Origin: a virus | Lineage: Duplodnaviria > Heunggongvirae > Uroviricota > Caudoviricetes | DNA: 64,000 nucleotides | Direction: 5' to 3' (one strand) | IMG/VR virus record: IMGVR_UViG_2690316068_000002 | Shown: positions 38,470-48,312 of the stretch, in pieces | How the letters are laid out: every line of letters begins with the position of its first letter | Position numbering within the stretch: position 1 is the stretch's first letter | Notes under the pieces: generated by a model | Told to the model about the DNA's origin: nothing | What the model saw: only the letters and a program-made list of their open reading frames with translations | Database searches by the model: none | Translations under genes and position numbers: made by a program

Positions 38470-39702
38470 ATGCCTGTTTTGTTAATCCTCATACTTGGGA
38501 CAGTGATGATTATTTTCTGGGATACCGTCAAGGAAAACGTAGAGGTCATAGGTACACTTGCCACTTCACTTGCATTTTTCGCCACAGCATGGGCCGCTTA
38601 CGAGGCAAGGCATAGTGCAAAGGCAGCAATGAGGGCCACTAGGCTGACGGCAGCTTCACTCCTTGAAATGAAAAAAGCCTCTTTTAAGGAATGGTACGGC
38701 ATATTACTTGAACAGCATAATAGATTACTTGAGGATGTTAACAAGACCTTGCAGGATGATAGGGAACTTAATGCAAAACTGGGAACGAATCTCATCAAGG
38801 CTATTTATTACCATGTAACCAAAAACTCCGTTTACATTAAATATATTAACCACATAGTTTTAATTCTTGATTATTTAGATAAAGACTTCTATTCGCCGTC
38901 ATCAGCCGATTATGAAAAGAGAGCTTACATAGAACAGCTGCGCAACAGCATTAGTCCTAATGTAAGCCTGCTGATAGCTACATTCGGCCTTAATATTGAC
39001 ACTAATAAAACCTATGACGCAAAGAGGCTTTACAGCCTGCTAAGCAAGTATAACTTCTTCGAAGGCCAACTTTTTTTTGAAGAAGCAATATCGAAAGTTC
39101 ATTATTTGGACTCTTATGCTGCTGTGATATTTGATAACGAATACCGAAAAGATGTAGAGTTTTATGTTGAAGAAATGGTTCGAGGTCGTGAGACCCCTAA
39201 AATCGATTCAAGATATCGTCATTTAAGGGCTACGTTCGCAATTCTGTGGTCTTACAACAACCCCTGCCGACAACATTTGCTTCAAAGATTTAATGACCTA
39301 CCTATGCATATGCGAAACAGCATTGAGCTGAGGATGGAAAATGCAGCCGATAAAGTAGCTGAGTTCAACTCTTTGTTACTTGGTTTTATAGGCTGGGAGC
39401 TTAGAATCGCAGGTAATAAAGTGAGGGTGATCAAGGATGAAAAACATTTAAAGAGGCTAATAAAACTCAACGATAAGTATCCAATTCCCCCCCGAGAGAA
39501 AGGTATTCTGTTAACCAATGGTTTCACCAATAGATTCGCTGATGAGATTAAAAATAGTCTGTCTATGTATAAGTTAGAAAATGCCTATTTAGCACTCAAC
39601 TCTAATCAACACAAAGAAAAGGTGATTGATGAAATTGTTGTTGAAGTTGAGAAAATTGTCGATAAATTTAAAGCAGAACTTGATTCTTTGGATTTCAACT
39701 AA
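38470..39702 (+). CDS. low-GC membrane-anchored protein of unknown function
   Basis: ORF 38413..39702; two N-terminal TM helices; K/N/I/Y-rich composition unlike neighbours; plus strand; followed by terminator. Confidence 0.55.
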   Translation: MPVLLILILGTVMIIFWDTVKENVEVIGTLATSLAFFATAWAAYEARHSAKAAMRATRLTAASLLEMKKASFKEWYGILLEQHNRLLEDVNKTLQDDRELNAKLGTNLIKAIYYHVTKNSVYIKYINHIVLILDYLDKDFYSPSSADYEKRAYIEQLRNSISPNVSLLIATFGLNIDTNKTYDAKRLYSLLSKYNFFEGQLFFEEAISKVHYLDSYAAVIFDNEYRKDVEFYVEEMVRGRETPKIDSRYRHLRATFAILWSYNNPCRQHLLQRFNDLPMHMRNSIELRMENAADKVAEFNSLLLGFIGWELRIAGNKVRVIKDEKHLKRLIKLNDKYPIPPREKGILLTNGFTNRFADEIKNSLSMYKLENAYLALNSNQHKEKVIDEIVVEVEKIVDKFKAELDSLDFN

Positions 39703-39707
39703 GCAAA

Positions 39708-39737
39708 AAGGGGCCGAAGCCCCTTTAATTATTTGCG
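39708..39737 (+). terminator. rho-independent terminator
   Basis: AAAGGGGC-cgaa-GCCCCTTT followed by AATTATTT. Confidence 0.6.
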
Positions 39738-39881
39738 CTGAAAAAAGTGTTGCTAGGATGTTAGCAAGCTATGGTTAAGAACGTCTGCCGCAATTGTCTA
39801 TCACAGCGTTGAGCGGTCTGGTTTATGTTAGCGGAGTCTTAATCTGGGTGATTAAAAGGCCAAACCGCTCAACGCTGTGTC

Positions 39882-39968
39882 TGGCGGAGAGTAATGGAAT
39901 CGAACCATCATCGCTTGCGCAATGGGACGGTTTTCAAGACCGCTTGAGCACCATGCTCCCTACTCTCC
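39882..39968 (-). tRNA. tRNA-Ser (anticodon UGA), type II with long variable arm
   Basis: Minus-strand GGAGAGT...CTTGAAA...GGTTCGATTCC...ACTCTCCGCCA; 7-bp acceptor stem, T-loop TTCGATT, anticodon loop CUUGAAA; D-arm atypical. Confidence 0.6.
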
Positions 39969-40181
39969 AGTTGTTGTGGTGCCGGGGGCTTCCCGGTGTC
40001 CTTTGGCTGGTTATCCACCGTGGACGGAGCCAATAGTCATCACAAAGGATCAATATAACCATTTCCCCGCGTGCGCTTAGCCGCATTCACCACAACGAAA
40101 AGAGCACTGTATGACGTTTGCACGGACTTACGCTTAAAACAGGGCAGTCTCGGCGGTTCTCAATGCTCTTTCCTGTTGTGT

Positions 40182-40257
40182 TGGTGCCGGTTAACGGATT
40201 CGAACCGCCGACCATTCGCTTACAAGGCGACTGCTCTACCAACTGAGCTAAACCGGC
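40182..40257 (-). tRNA. tRNA-Thr (anticodon UGU)
   Basis: GCCGGTTTAGCTCAGTTGGTAGAGCAGTCGCCTTGTAAGCGAATGGTCGGCGGTTCGAATCCGTTAACCGGCACCA; perfect acceptor stem; canonical D and T loops. Confidence 0.8.
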
Positions 40258-40261
40258 AATT

Positions 40262-40348
40262 TGGTGGGGAGTGATGGAGTCGAACCACCCGAGTCGCAAT
40301 GACAGTAGATTTACAGTCTACACCGCTACCTCTACGGACTAACTCCCC
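40262..40348 (-). tRNA. tRNA-Tyr (anticodon GUA), long variable arm
   Basis: GGGGAGT...GTAGACTGTAAATCTAC...GGTTCGACTCC...ACTCCCCACCA; anticodon loop CUGUAAA. Confidence 0.7.
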
Positions 40349-40353
40349 TAAAT

Positions 40354-40428
40354 TGGCGATGGTGGGTGGATTCGAACCACCGACCAGTTGGTTAACAGCC
40401 AACTGCTCTACCGCTGAGCTACACCATC
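40354..40428 (-). tRNA. tRNA-Asn (anticodon GUU)
   Basis: GATGGTGTAGCTCAGCGGTAGAGCAGTTGGCTGTTAACCAACTGGTCGGTGGTTCGAATCCACCCACCATCGCCA; perfect 7-bp acceptor stem. Confidence 0.8.
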
Positions 40429-41206
40429 AATTCGGCACTGCCAGTATTTATTACTCAACAGTGCCAATCGCGACGGTTTAGTTTCTGCCAGGAAACGCAC
40501 CGCTACTTGCACTTTTCGTTAGTGCCAGACGCTTTCGACTTCGCTCAATAGTAGAAGGCAAAATCTTTAAGTAGATGATGTTTCTGAGGACAGCACCTAC
40601 TTTGTAATTTATACAATGTGATGTATGGAATCATTTGTTGTGAAAACAGGCACCAATGGCAACAGTGGTTAAACCTACACAACAATCCTGTCTTCACAAC
40701 GTTGAGGCCACTACTCCGATTGAATGTTTGCCCAACATGTTACATATCAACGCTCGCCGGTATCTCTGTGAATAGAACCTTAGAATTGATAAAAATGTAA
40801 TGGCCTCAACGTTGTGTGCTGGCTAACCATACCAGCCGGGCTACGTCGCCGCTTTTTAACCCAGTATAAACGACATAATTGAACAAAATGACGTAACAGG
40901 ATGGGCGGTCAGTGGCTAAGAATCCGGGAGTCATATGGAGTTGAAAATATACCAACCGCCCATTCTGTTACTTCATCGGAGGGAACATGAATGTTCCCTC
41001 CTGCGTTCTGCAATCACACTCGCTCAGTGTGTCCCATTTCGGTAACGAGGCTGGAAACTGACCTCGCTGGTGTTTGGCTTATTAGGCTACTGCCAGATAG
41101 ACTTCTTCGTTTGCACTTGTATTTAAGTTCAAACAGTCGCGTCTCAACGAAAACAAAGTCATCTTATACATAAAAGATAAGTAAGTAAATACTTATTATT
41201 GTATTT

Positions 41207-41497
41207 TTATTCGGTTGTGACTTTTTTGATCAAGGCCACTCTACGACTAGGTGTTCTTGTGATGGTGGCAGTGAATCGTTTCGCTTGGATAGTAATGGTT
41301 TCGTTCTCCTTAAGTTGCCCGTAGCGAGTTTCCACCAGGGTGCCAAGACGCCACAGACCATCATCGATACGTTTATGACTAGCAAATTTAATCAGCAACA
41401 GTTTTACGACTAACTGACCTACGTAAAAGGCGAATGCGACTCCGGCCGCTAAGCAATAGGTGGCCAACCACCAGTCCCAAGAAGTTAAATTGCTCAT
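41207..41497 (-). CDS. hypothetical membrane protein
   Basis: 96 aa; N-terminal TM helix WWLATYCLAAGVAFAFYVGQLVV. Confidence 0.5.
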   Translation of the reverse strand: MSNLTSWDWWLATYCLAAGVAFAFYVGQLVVKLLLIKFASHKRIDDGLWRLGTLVETRYGQLKENETITIQAKRFTATITRTPSRRVALIKKVTTE

Positions 41498-41646
41498 TTT
41501 CTAACCTTTGTTTCATGAACTACCCGATACACACGCTTTCCGATGCACAGTGTTTTGGTTTTAAGTTCCTGCTTAATTAAATCACGACAGATGCCGAAGC
41601 CGATAAGGAAGCCACTCATAAAAGCTAATGAGATGTATGGAATCAT
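41494..41646 (-). CDS. small membrane protein (50 aa)
   Basis: Below ORF cutoff, found manually: MIPYISLAFMSGFLIGFGICRDLIKQELK...; AGGAG RBS; ATGA overlap with downstream gene. Confidence 0.35.
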   Translation of the reverse strand: MIPYISLAFMSGFLIGFGICRDLIKQELKTKTLCIGKRVYRVVHETKVRK

Positions 41647-41858
41647 TTTAACACTCCTGATTCTACTAATTGCTGTAGCAATACTTTCCCTTTATCAGTT
41701 AACTGGTAGTTGGCCGAACACTTCGTTTCAGAAACGTTTGCAACCAACCCTAACCGCTCTAACTTAGCCCGCGTTTTAGGCTTCCAGTACTCAGGGAACT
41801 CTGACCACTTACTGATTTCATGAAGCGTTTCCTTCTCCCGCTTACTTAATACGATCAT
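41643..41858 (-). CDS. hypothetical protein
   Basis: 71 aa ORF. Confidence 0.4.
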   Translation of the reverse strand: MIVLSKREKETLHEISKWSEFPEYWKPKTRAKLERLGLVANVSETKCSANYQLTDKGKVLLQQLVESGVLK

Positions 41859-42017
41859 CCTTAATCTCCTTCACTGTGTGGGTTATTTCTACAATGCGAT
41901 AAATACGACCGCGTCGTTCTATAACACCGCTTTTAATGTAGTCATTGATGCAACTGGACATCACCACAATACCGATTAAAAAACCAACCGCTAAAAATGC
42001 AATCATCCAGCCGAGCA

Positions 42018-43340
42018 TCATTCTTTATCTCCGATTCGATCTTCTGTATCGCGTAAGCAACGCGGCCATTTCAGTCGTGGGTGGCGTAAGCTGCCGTCCG
42101 GTGTTTTCTCGTGACAATGAACCTCGACAATACGACCACGGTACTTCTCTTTGTTGTTCCAGATCTCGTCCAGATATTTATGCTTAATGCCGCTCGCACG
42201 AACGATGACGCCGTTTTCAAGACGAATAACAATTTTTCCAAGTGTGTTGGCAAAACCAGAGTCCGGGTCGCCCGGCTCAAAGTCGATAATTTCACCATCT
42301 TCTGAATCTTCGTCTTTTAACTTCCACCAGCTGCGGGTACGTTTAAACTCGTAAACAGAGTTCGGATCTTTGCCCATCTCCCCTTCTTCGTTATCGTCCA
42401 GGCGTTTCATGAAGCGTTCGATGAAGTCTTCGTGGCTATGGATGATGTAGAACGGATGTAGGTGAATGTCTTGCGCGTAGTCTTCACTGCGATCGTTTTT
42501 GAACAACGCCACGAGAATAGCCAGGCGCTCTTTCAGCTTCATACCTGTCTTTGCATACTCTTTGGATTTAGCCTGTGCCCGCCATTCCGGTAGGAAGAAG
42601 TCGAAAACATGATAAATAGCGCCAATTGCCTGCACGTTCTTTTTGCGCAATGCAGATACGGACTGGTTAAATGAACCGGCTGTTCCTTCACCATCGAAGA
42701 AGATGTGTTTGTGGCCTGAAAGTTTGCCTAATTCGAGCATGGCTGGCTTTAGGTGATCGAGAGACGTGATTGGATTACCAGTACGAGAAAGGAAGTTCAC
42801 CTCTTCCTCGTCAACAATAACCTCACAAATTACTCGCAAACCATCGAGCTTAAGGCTGCCAATCATCGGCCATTTGGCTTTAGGATTTGGCTTGAAGGGG
42901 TATTTGTCGCCTTTTTCTTTATACGGTGACGCCAGCTGCACCTCAAATTTCGGAATGGGATTTTCAAAAACCTTGTTGCATAGGCTAATCCCAACGCCAG
43001 CTTTCGGATCTTTTAAGAGGAAACGACGGAACACGTCCTGCCCATCGGCGCACATTGACGCCACGATAGACTCAACAGCAGCTATTGCTGCGTTCCCCGT
43101 CAGCTCGCGAGAGGCCAGCTTATTCAGTATATCAATGGCTTTTTCGTCACTTGGGACGGACTCACTAAGCGGCTCTGCCACTTTGTATTTCTTTACCCCA
43201 AAACGGATGAAAGGGTTGAGCATCAATGAAACCATGCTTTGCTCGAAGTCATCCATGTTGGCCAATGCCTCTTTTTTTGCATTGGTTCCCATAGCTTTCA
43301 TTTCGTCCAGCTTATGCTTAAGTGCGATCAACTTTTTCAT
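42018..43340 (-). CDS. ATP-dependent DNA ligase
   Basis: Nucleotidyltransferase motif I SLKLDGLRV (KxDGxR) with active-site lysine; 440 aa. Confidence 0.7.
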   Translation of the reverse strand: MKKLIALKHKLDEMKAMGTNAKKEALANMDDFEQSMVSLMLNPFIRFGVKKYKVAEPLSESVPSDEKAIDILNKLASRELTGNAAIAAVESIVASMCADGQDVFRRFLLKDPKAGVGISLCNKVFENPIPKFEVQLASPYKEKGDKYPFKPNPKAKWPMIGSLKLDGLRVICEVIVDEEEVNFLSRTGNPITSLDHLKPAMLELGKLSGHKHIFFDGEGTAGSFNQSVSALRKKNVQAIGAIYHVFDFFLPEWRAQAKSKEYAKTGMKLKERLAILVALFKNDRSEDYAQDIHLHPFYIIHSHEDFIERFMKRLDDNEEGEMGKDPNSVYEFKRTRSWWKLKDEDSEDGEIIDFEPGDPDSGFANTLGKIVIRLENGVIVRASGIKHKYLDEIWNNKEKYRGRIVEVHCHEKTPDGSLRHPRLKWPRCLRDTEDRIGDKE

Positions 43341-43819
43341 TGTTGTTTTGCCTCCATATGTTGATCGATTTGCTCATGTGTTTCTTTTGTTGTTTCTTCA
43401 AGCAACGCCGCATACACGTCAGTGATCGCTGTTTGTGATGTGGTGCTCTTCTTAACCATGCCATTAATCGTTACACTGTCACGTTTTCGTTTTATAGTTC
43501 TGGCTTGTTTATTCCGTTCTTCAACCTCCTTAATGAGCGCGGTCATATCTTCGAAATACAGAGATTCTCCTTTACGAATCTCTTCAACCATCATTTTTAA
43601 CGCCTTGCATTTGCCTGCTTTGATAGCGGTTGCGCACGACTGGAATGAAGTTCGAGGAAGACGGTTTTCTTTGAAGGCAAGAATGGTGTGCTGGCAAACG
43701 GAGTAGCTGCAATATGCCGACTCACCGTTTATCTTTACTTCCTCACAACGAAGTGAATAACCATTATTTCCTGAAATAGAGGGGATTTTTGACAAATCAG
43801 CTTTCACAACTACCGCCAT
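43337..43819 (-). CDS. hypothetical protein
   Basis: 160 aa ORF. Confidence 0.5.
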   Translation of the reverse strand: MAVVVKADLSKIPSISGNNGYSLRCEEVKINGESAYCSYSVCQHTILAFKENRLPRTSFQSCATAIKAGKCKALKMMVEEIRKGESLYFEDMTALIKEVEERNKQARTIKRKRDSVTINGMVKKSTTSQTAITDVYAALLEETTKETHEQIDQHMEAKQQ

Positions 43820-43873
43820 AAATAATCTTGTACTTACCTATCGTTATTTGCGTAAAAACGACGCACGGAGAGA

Positions 43874-44656
43874 TTACCAACTTCCCCAGCTAACCATCTT
43901 GCGCTGATTGCTTTCTAAGCGATAGGGGACAAGAAGCTCTGTGACATGATTGGTGGCGTATGATTTAGCCTCTTGCTCTATCATCGGTAATTCGTTAGCA
44001 ATCCTGACCATCTTCCCAGCAAATTCCGCCATTACGCCATCACATGCCTTCCCAGCATCAATAACGATATGCACCAGATCCAACTGGCTTTTGCACATGT
44101 CGCAAAGAGACGCATACTCACTCTCTCTGATTACATTTACGGCATCATTAGCCCCTTTATTAAGCAAGACTTCCAACAGGTTTGTCGGGGTAACGAAATC
44201 GGCTTTAAGTGACAATGTTCTCTCACCTTTTATCGACCGTAAGTACTCTTCGTAGTTTTGCTTGTCTTCCAGCAAAACTAAGCTATGCATAGTTAGAAGT
44301 GATTCCTGAATAGCCTCTTCAATAATACTGTCGTTTGGCGCACAAAAAACGGTATTTGTGTAGATCACTTTGCCATCCATCCATGCACCAACCTGCACTT
44401 TAAGACTGAGCGGGTTTTCTTTGCTAATAAAAACAACTAATGCAGAACGCCGTGCACAAGAAGGTTCACCCCATACGTGTAACTCAACTTTCAGATAAGG
44501 TAGCCCTGGTAGCGGGATCTCAACCAAACGAGTGGCGATATGATCCATTGCTGTTTTTACCGCTTTTTCAATGATGTCTAGTCGATTGCTCTCGCTGATT
44601 TCTAAACCAGTTTTATCAATGATGTCGCAGGCTAATTTCTGAATTTCGTCTTTCAT
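43874..44656 (-). CDS. hypothetical protein
   Basis: 260 aa ORF. Confidence 0.5.
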   Translation of the reverse strand: MKDEIQKLACDIIDKTGLEISESNRLDIIEKAVKTAMDHIATRLVEIPLPGLPYLKVELHVWGEPSCARRSALVVFISKENPLSLKVQVGAWMDGKVIYTNTVFCAPNDSIIEEAIQESLLTMHSLVLLEDKQNYEEYLRSIKGERTLSLKADFVTPTNLLEVLLNKGANDAVNVIRESEYASLCDMCKSQLDLVHIVIDAGKACDGVMAEFAGKMVRIANELPMIEQEAKSYATNHVTELLVPYRLESNQRKMVSWGSW

Positions 44657-44731
44657 ACCAACTCCTAGCTAACAGATGAAAGTATTCTCACAGAAAGATA
44701 AGTAATCATCTACTTATTTTAAAGGTGATTG

Positions 44732-45913
44732 TTATGATAGAGCCTTAATGCCCAAAACCTTGCTTTGCAACTCCAACTGTTTGGTATACGGTTTTGCCCG
44801 ATAATAGGCTTTGATAATTTGTTCTGGCGTTGCACCGCCCGGGTCGAGTCCTTCCTCACCCAAACACGCAACTTTGACATTAAGACCGATACTGGTCAGT
44901 CGCCTGGCTGCGGCCATAGTGTTGCGTATAGCTTGCTTTTCACTATCCCACATCATGATCACATTACGTAACCCACGCGCCTTGAGCGTCAGGAACGCGC
45001 CTAACTGATCTTCTGCATCCTGAGTGGTGTTACCAGATAGATGCATCCCGAACGTTCCTATTGGTTCCACGTAATCACGTAATGTTTCTTCGTCAAAAAT
45101 AGCTCGTTTAACCCCCATAACATCGAACGCCCCCTCACAGACAACTACAGTCTGTTTGCCGACTGCATTATGGCCGTTGTAGAGAAACTTACCTGAAGCT
45201 GGAAGTTGCATAGGAAAGAGGTAGCGGCGTTCTGCTGTACCGGTAATGTCTCGTCCCTGAAATGTCTTCATTACCCCATCCAGATCGTAAACCGGTATCA
45301 GTATTCGCATATCGAATATCTGTCCTTTAACCTGATCTGTATACGGATCTACATAAGCGTGCTTGCCTTCGACGCAGTATCGTAGGTCAAAATACTTTGC
45401 CATTTCAGGTGATATGTTTCGTTCAACCAGATAGTCTGGAAGACGGCCATCTATAGGAAGTTCGTAATGACGAGGGAGTGCAAGTGGTCCCTCTAACTCG
45501 ACTGTGCTTGCAAGCACTATCTCTTCTTTCTTTGGTGCCCACCCCTGGGAAAGAAGGGCGTTCTGCACATATTCCTCGAACTGTCGTCGTGATTTGCCGC
45601 TGTAGTGCTTGAGGAAGACCAGCTTATTGAACTGAATCTCTTCGGGATGATCACCAGCAAAGCATTTGCCGACGCCACTGGTCAGATTGAAATATACCTT
45701 CCAGTTGGAGCTGCCGCATACCGGACATTCCTTGATATTCACTTCACGACCGCGAGCACTCACGCCTCCACGTCGATAAACGATACCTTCAGTATCCAAC
45801 CATTGTTCAAAATCTAATTCGGCAATTAGCTCTTTCAGCTCGCTCACGATAATTCCACTTTTAACAGGCAATATTGTGACCAACCTAAATGTTGATATAA
45901 CATAAAGGCTCAT
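44732..45913 (-). CDS. DNA primase (zinc finger plus TOPRIM)
   Basis: ORF 44732..45985 trimmed to ATG at 45913 preceded by conserved AACCACAAAAGAAAAACAC leader; CPVCGSS...C zinc ribbon; TOPRIM VVVCEGAFD. Confidence 0.7.
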   Translation of the reverse strand: MSLYVISTFRLVTILPVKSGIIVSELKELIAELDFEQWLDTEGIVYRRGGVSARGREVNIKECPVCGSSNWKVYFNLTSGVGKCFAGDHPEEIQFNKLVFLKHYSGKSRRQFEEYVQNALLSQGWAPKKEEIVLASTVELEGPLALPRHYELPIDGRLPDYLVERNISPEMAKYFDLRYCVEGKHAYVDPYTDQVKGQIFDMRILIPVYDLDGVMKTFQGRDITGTAERRYLFPMQLPASGKFLYNGHNAVGKQTVVVCEGAFDVMGVKRAIFDEETLRDYVEPIGTFGMHLSGNTTQDAEDQLGAFLTLKARGLRNVIMMWDSEKQAIRNTMAAARRLTSIGLNVKVACLGEEGLDPGGATPEQIIKAYYRAKPYTKQLELQSKVLGIKALS

Positions 45914-45961
45914 GTGTTTTTCTTTTGTGGTTTGGCAAAAGAAAAGTTGTTTCACAAATGA

Positions 45962-45994
45962 ATCAAGCGTGGAGGTGTTCTCCACGCTTATTTT
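45962..45994. terminator. hairpin terminator candidate
   Basis: AAGCGTGGAG-gtgtt-CTCCACGCTT followed by ATTTTTT on plus strand. Confidence 0.45.
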
Positions 45995-47335
45995 TTAGGT
46001 AACGTCTAAGATTCGCTCAATGAAACGCATTTGTTCGAGGTTTTGTTTAACGCGAATGCTGATCCCACCCTGCTGGTTACGTGAACCAGCAAAGTAGAGA
46101 CGAGCCTCTCCTTTCGCTTCTTCTTCTTCGGTTTTGTTGATCGTTATTACCAGGTCAGCAATACGTACTTTTTCGATGTTATCGGCGGCGTGCATCATTG
46201 TGGCAACTTCTGACGCGCCACCTTCACGGTTTGTCTGCGATGCCGTGATCCCAGCAACGTTATGCTTGTCATAAAGAGCACGTAAATCGGTGTAGATACT
46301 ACGAATGTTGGCGCGATCATCACGAAGGTCATAACTGGCACGCATCAAATCTGCGTAGTCGACAACAACCATGTCAGGCACCATGCCGTTGGCTTTCATG
46401 CTGTTAAGCATACGGTCCAGATCTGCCGGTGACATACTTCCTGACGGACGCTCAACAACCCACAAACTACCAATCCCCTTAGAGGCTCCCAACTCTGCCA
46501 ACTTACGATGAACTTCATCGCGCCGTTCCACCAACTTGGACATTTCCGTCTCCGACAATCTTGCATCAAAACGGTCGGACAAAATGTTGGTGTGAACCTC
46601 CAGCGAGAGATACAGAACATTGTAGCCAGCAAGCGTTGCGTTTATGGAAAACTCACCCATTGCGGTCGATTTACCGGATTTAGCGAACCCCATGAAGAGC
46701 ACCATTTCACGCTTCGCCCAGCCTTTTTGGTACAGCAACCTATCGAGCAGAGGGAGTCCAGTTGTAATGCTGTTTGGCACATACTCCTCTGAGGCCTCAT
46801 ATTCACGCGCTTTCAGTCGCTCACTTGCTGAGGTGTAGTAGTCATAGATTCCGGTTGCTTCGTTCGAGCCTATCTGCTGAACCTTGGCCATGATTGCCAT
46901 CGCCCCCTGAAAGTCGCCCTTCTCTTTCAGTTCAGCAGCCTTAATCAGAGCATCATCAAACGCTACGCTTTTTGCGAAGGTTGATACCTGGTCAACCATG
47001 TACGAGGTATCGGACAATTTTTCTGCAAGGATGCGCTTAAACGCAGCAACAACATCGGCGAATAGTTCCTCACGGATAGTCTTATCGCGTTTCGCACGCT
47101 TAAGCATATCCAGAATTGCAGATGAAGAGGGCGCGCTCTTGTACATACGGTAATAGCCCGAAACCATATTAACCAATATGGCATTGGCCGCATTGGCAAA
47201 TTGGTTAGGCACAACCAGATCTCCCGCACGAGTAAGAAACTCGTGATCACGACAAAAATATGCCGTCAGTCTGTTCTGGAAATCTTCATCAAACTCTTCG
47301 GACAGCCCGCGTCCTGTATGGCAAAGTTCGGTCAT
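45995..47335 (-). CDS. DnaB-like replicative helicase
   Basis: Walker A GFAKSGKST in RecA-like C-terminal domain; 446 aa; adjacent to primase. Confidence 0.75.
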   Translation of the reverse strand: MTELCHTGRGLSEEFDEDFQNRLTAYFCRDHEFLTRAGDLVVPNQFANAANAILVNMVSGYYRMYKSAPSSSAILDMLKRAKRDKTIREELFADVVAAFKRILAEKLSDTSYMVDQVSTFAKSVAFDDALIKAAELKEKGDFQGAMAIMAKVQQIGSNEATGIYDYYTSASERLKAREYEASEEYVPNSITTGLPLLDRLLYQKGWAKREMVLFMGFAKSGKSTAMGEFSINATLAGYNVLYLSLEVHTNILSDRFDARLSETEMSKLVERRDEVHRKLAELGASKGIGSLWVVERPSGSMSPADLDRMLNSMKANGMVPDMVVVDYADLMRASYDLRDDRANIRSIYTDLRALYDKHNVAGITASQTNREGGASEVATMMHAADNIEKVRIADLVITINKTEEEEAKGEARLYFAGSRNQQGGISIRVKQNLEQMRFIERILDVT

Positions 47336-47378
47336 GTGCTTTCCTTTGTTTTTTAAACAAATTGTTTTCTAGTATTAG

Positions 47379-48128
47379 TTAATTAGATAGGGGATCAATA
47401 AACCGCCGTGCTTCTTCCAGTTCTTCTGGAAAGTGGGCGGAAATAAGGCGTTCTGGAACGATTTCCATTAGCCAGATAGCGGAGAAAATTGCGCGTATGC
47501 GCTTGCTGCGAGGGATGGTGCGCAAACGCTCCAGAATCCACTCAAAATAGCTTTCCTGAATCGGGTTGAACTGCATGTCTCCCATATGCTTAAAGCTAAC
47601 CAGAGAGTCATCCAGACGGGTTGTTGCGCGTCTGGCTAATTTCTCTTCAAATATCTCAATCAGTTCTGGCTGCCACAAATGCTGTGGGCGCGGCAGCTTG
47701 TCCCACAGCCGTCGTGCAGCTGCGGAAAGAACGGTGGAGATAAAGTAGTCGTATGAGCAGCAATAGCGATCCGCAAACTGGCGTGCTTTCCATAGCGACG
47801 TTTTATTGGCAGTCGACAACTCCTGATAAGGCAGGCGTTTTAACCCGGTGGTGAACGGAGCTGTTTCAAAGTGTTCGCGACCGTGCGTCAGCATGATATT
47901 TGAGTACTGACGTTTGTATGCCTCCGTAAAAAGACAGGTGGCCATGAGAGGATGCATGTCGCGGTAATCAAACCACTTCGTCTCGAAGAGTTCAGCCTCG
48001 TCTTTACAGCGCGACAAACCAATGTTTTCAGCGACCCACTTGTCCATAACAGCGGTATTCCACTCTGTCATGAAGTCGTACTGGTCGTTGTCGATGGTAT
48101 CGAAAAAGATTTGGCTCATGTGGCTCAC
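47379..48128 (-). CDS. hypothetical protein
   Basis: 249 aa ORF. Confidence 0.5.
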   Translation of the reverse strand: MSHMSQIFFDTIDNDQYDFMTEWNTAVMDKWVAENIGLSRCKDEAELFETKWFDYRDMHPLMATCLFTEAYKRQYSNIMLTHGREHFETAPFTTGLKRLPYQELSTANKTSLWKARQFADRYCCSYDYFISTVLSAAARRLWDKLPRPQHLWQPELIEIFEEKLARRATTRLDDSLVSFKHMGDMQFNPIQESYFEWILERLRTIPRSKRIRAIFSAIWLMEIVPERLISAHFPEELEEARRFIDPLSN

Positions 48129-48234
48129 CTGGTAGGTAGTTACTTACTTATCACAATGAGCGGATGATAGCGACTGGTGGCAGTTTTTGGAAGTGGAAAC
48201 GGAAGGGACTTGTTCTGGTGGGTGTCTTTAAAAG

Positions 48235-48290
48235 ACCTGCTTCTGTATATATATAAATACTAATTTACTTATTATATACAGAAGCAGGTC
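48235..48290 (-). terminator. large hairpin with AT-rich loop, paralogous to element at 1163-1220
   Basis: GACCTGCTTC...GAAGCAGGTC followed on minus strand by TCTTTTAAAG. Confidence 0.45.
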
Positions 48291-48312
48291 ATAATTGTTG
48301 ATACTACCAATA

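Noticed and set aside
39969-40181. Possible additional tRNA genes between tRNA-Ser and tRNA-Thr
   Set aside because: Segments end in CCA-like sequences, but I could not fold a complete cloverleaf with a T-loop; treated as degenerate remnants or structured spacer.
40991-41173. 60-aa plus-strand ORF in the long noncoding region
   Set aside because: No RBS, low-complexity Leu/Arg/Ser composition, lies within the hairpin-rich region.
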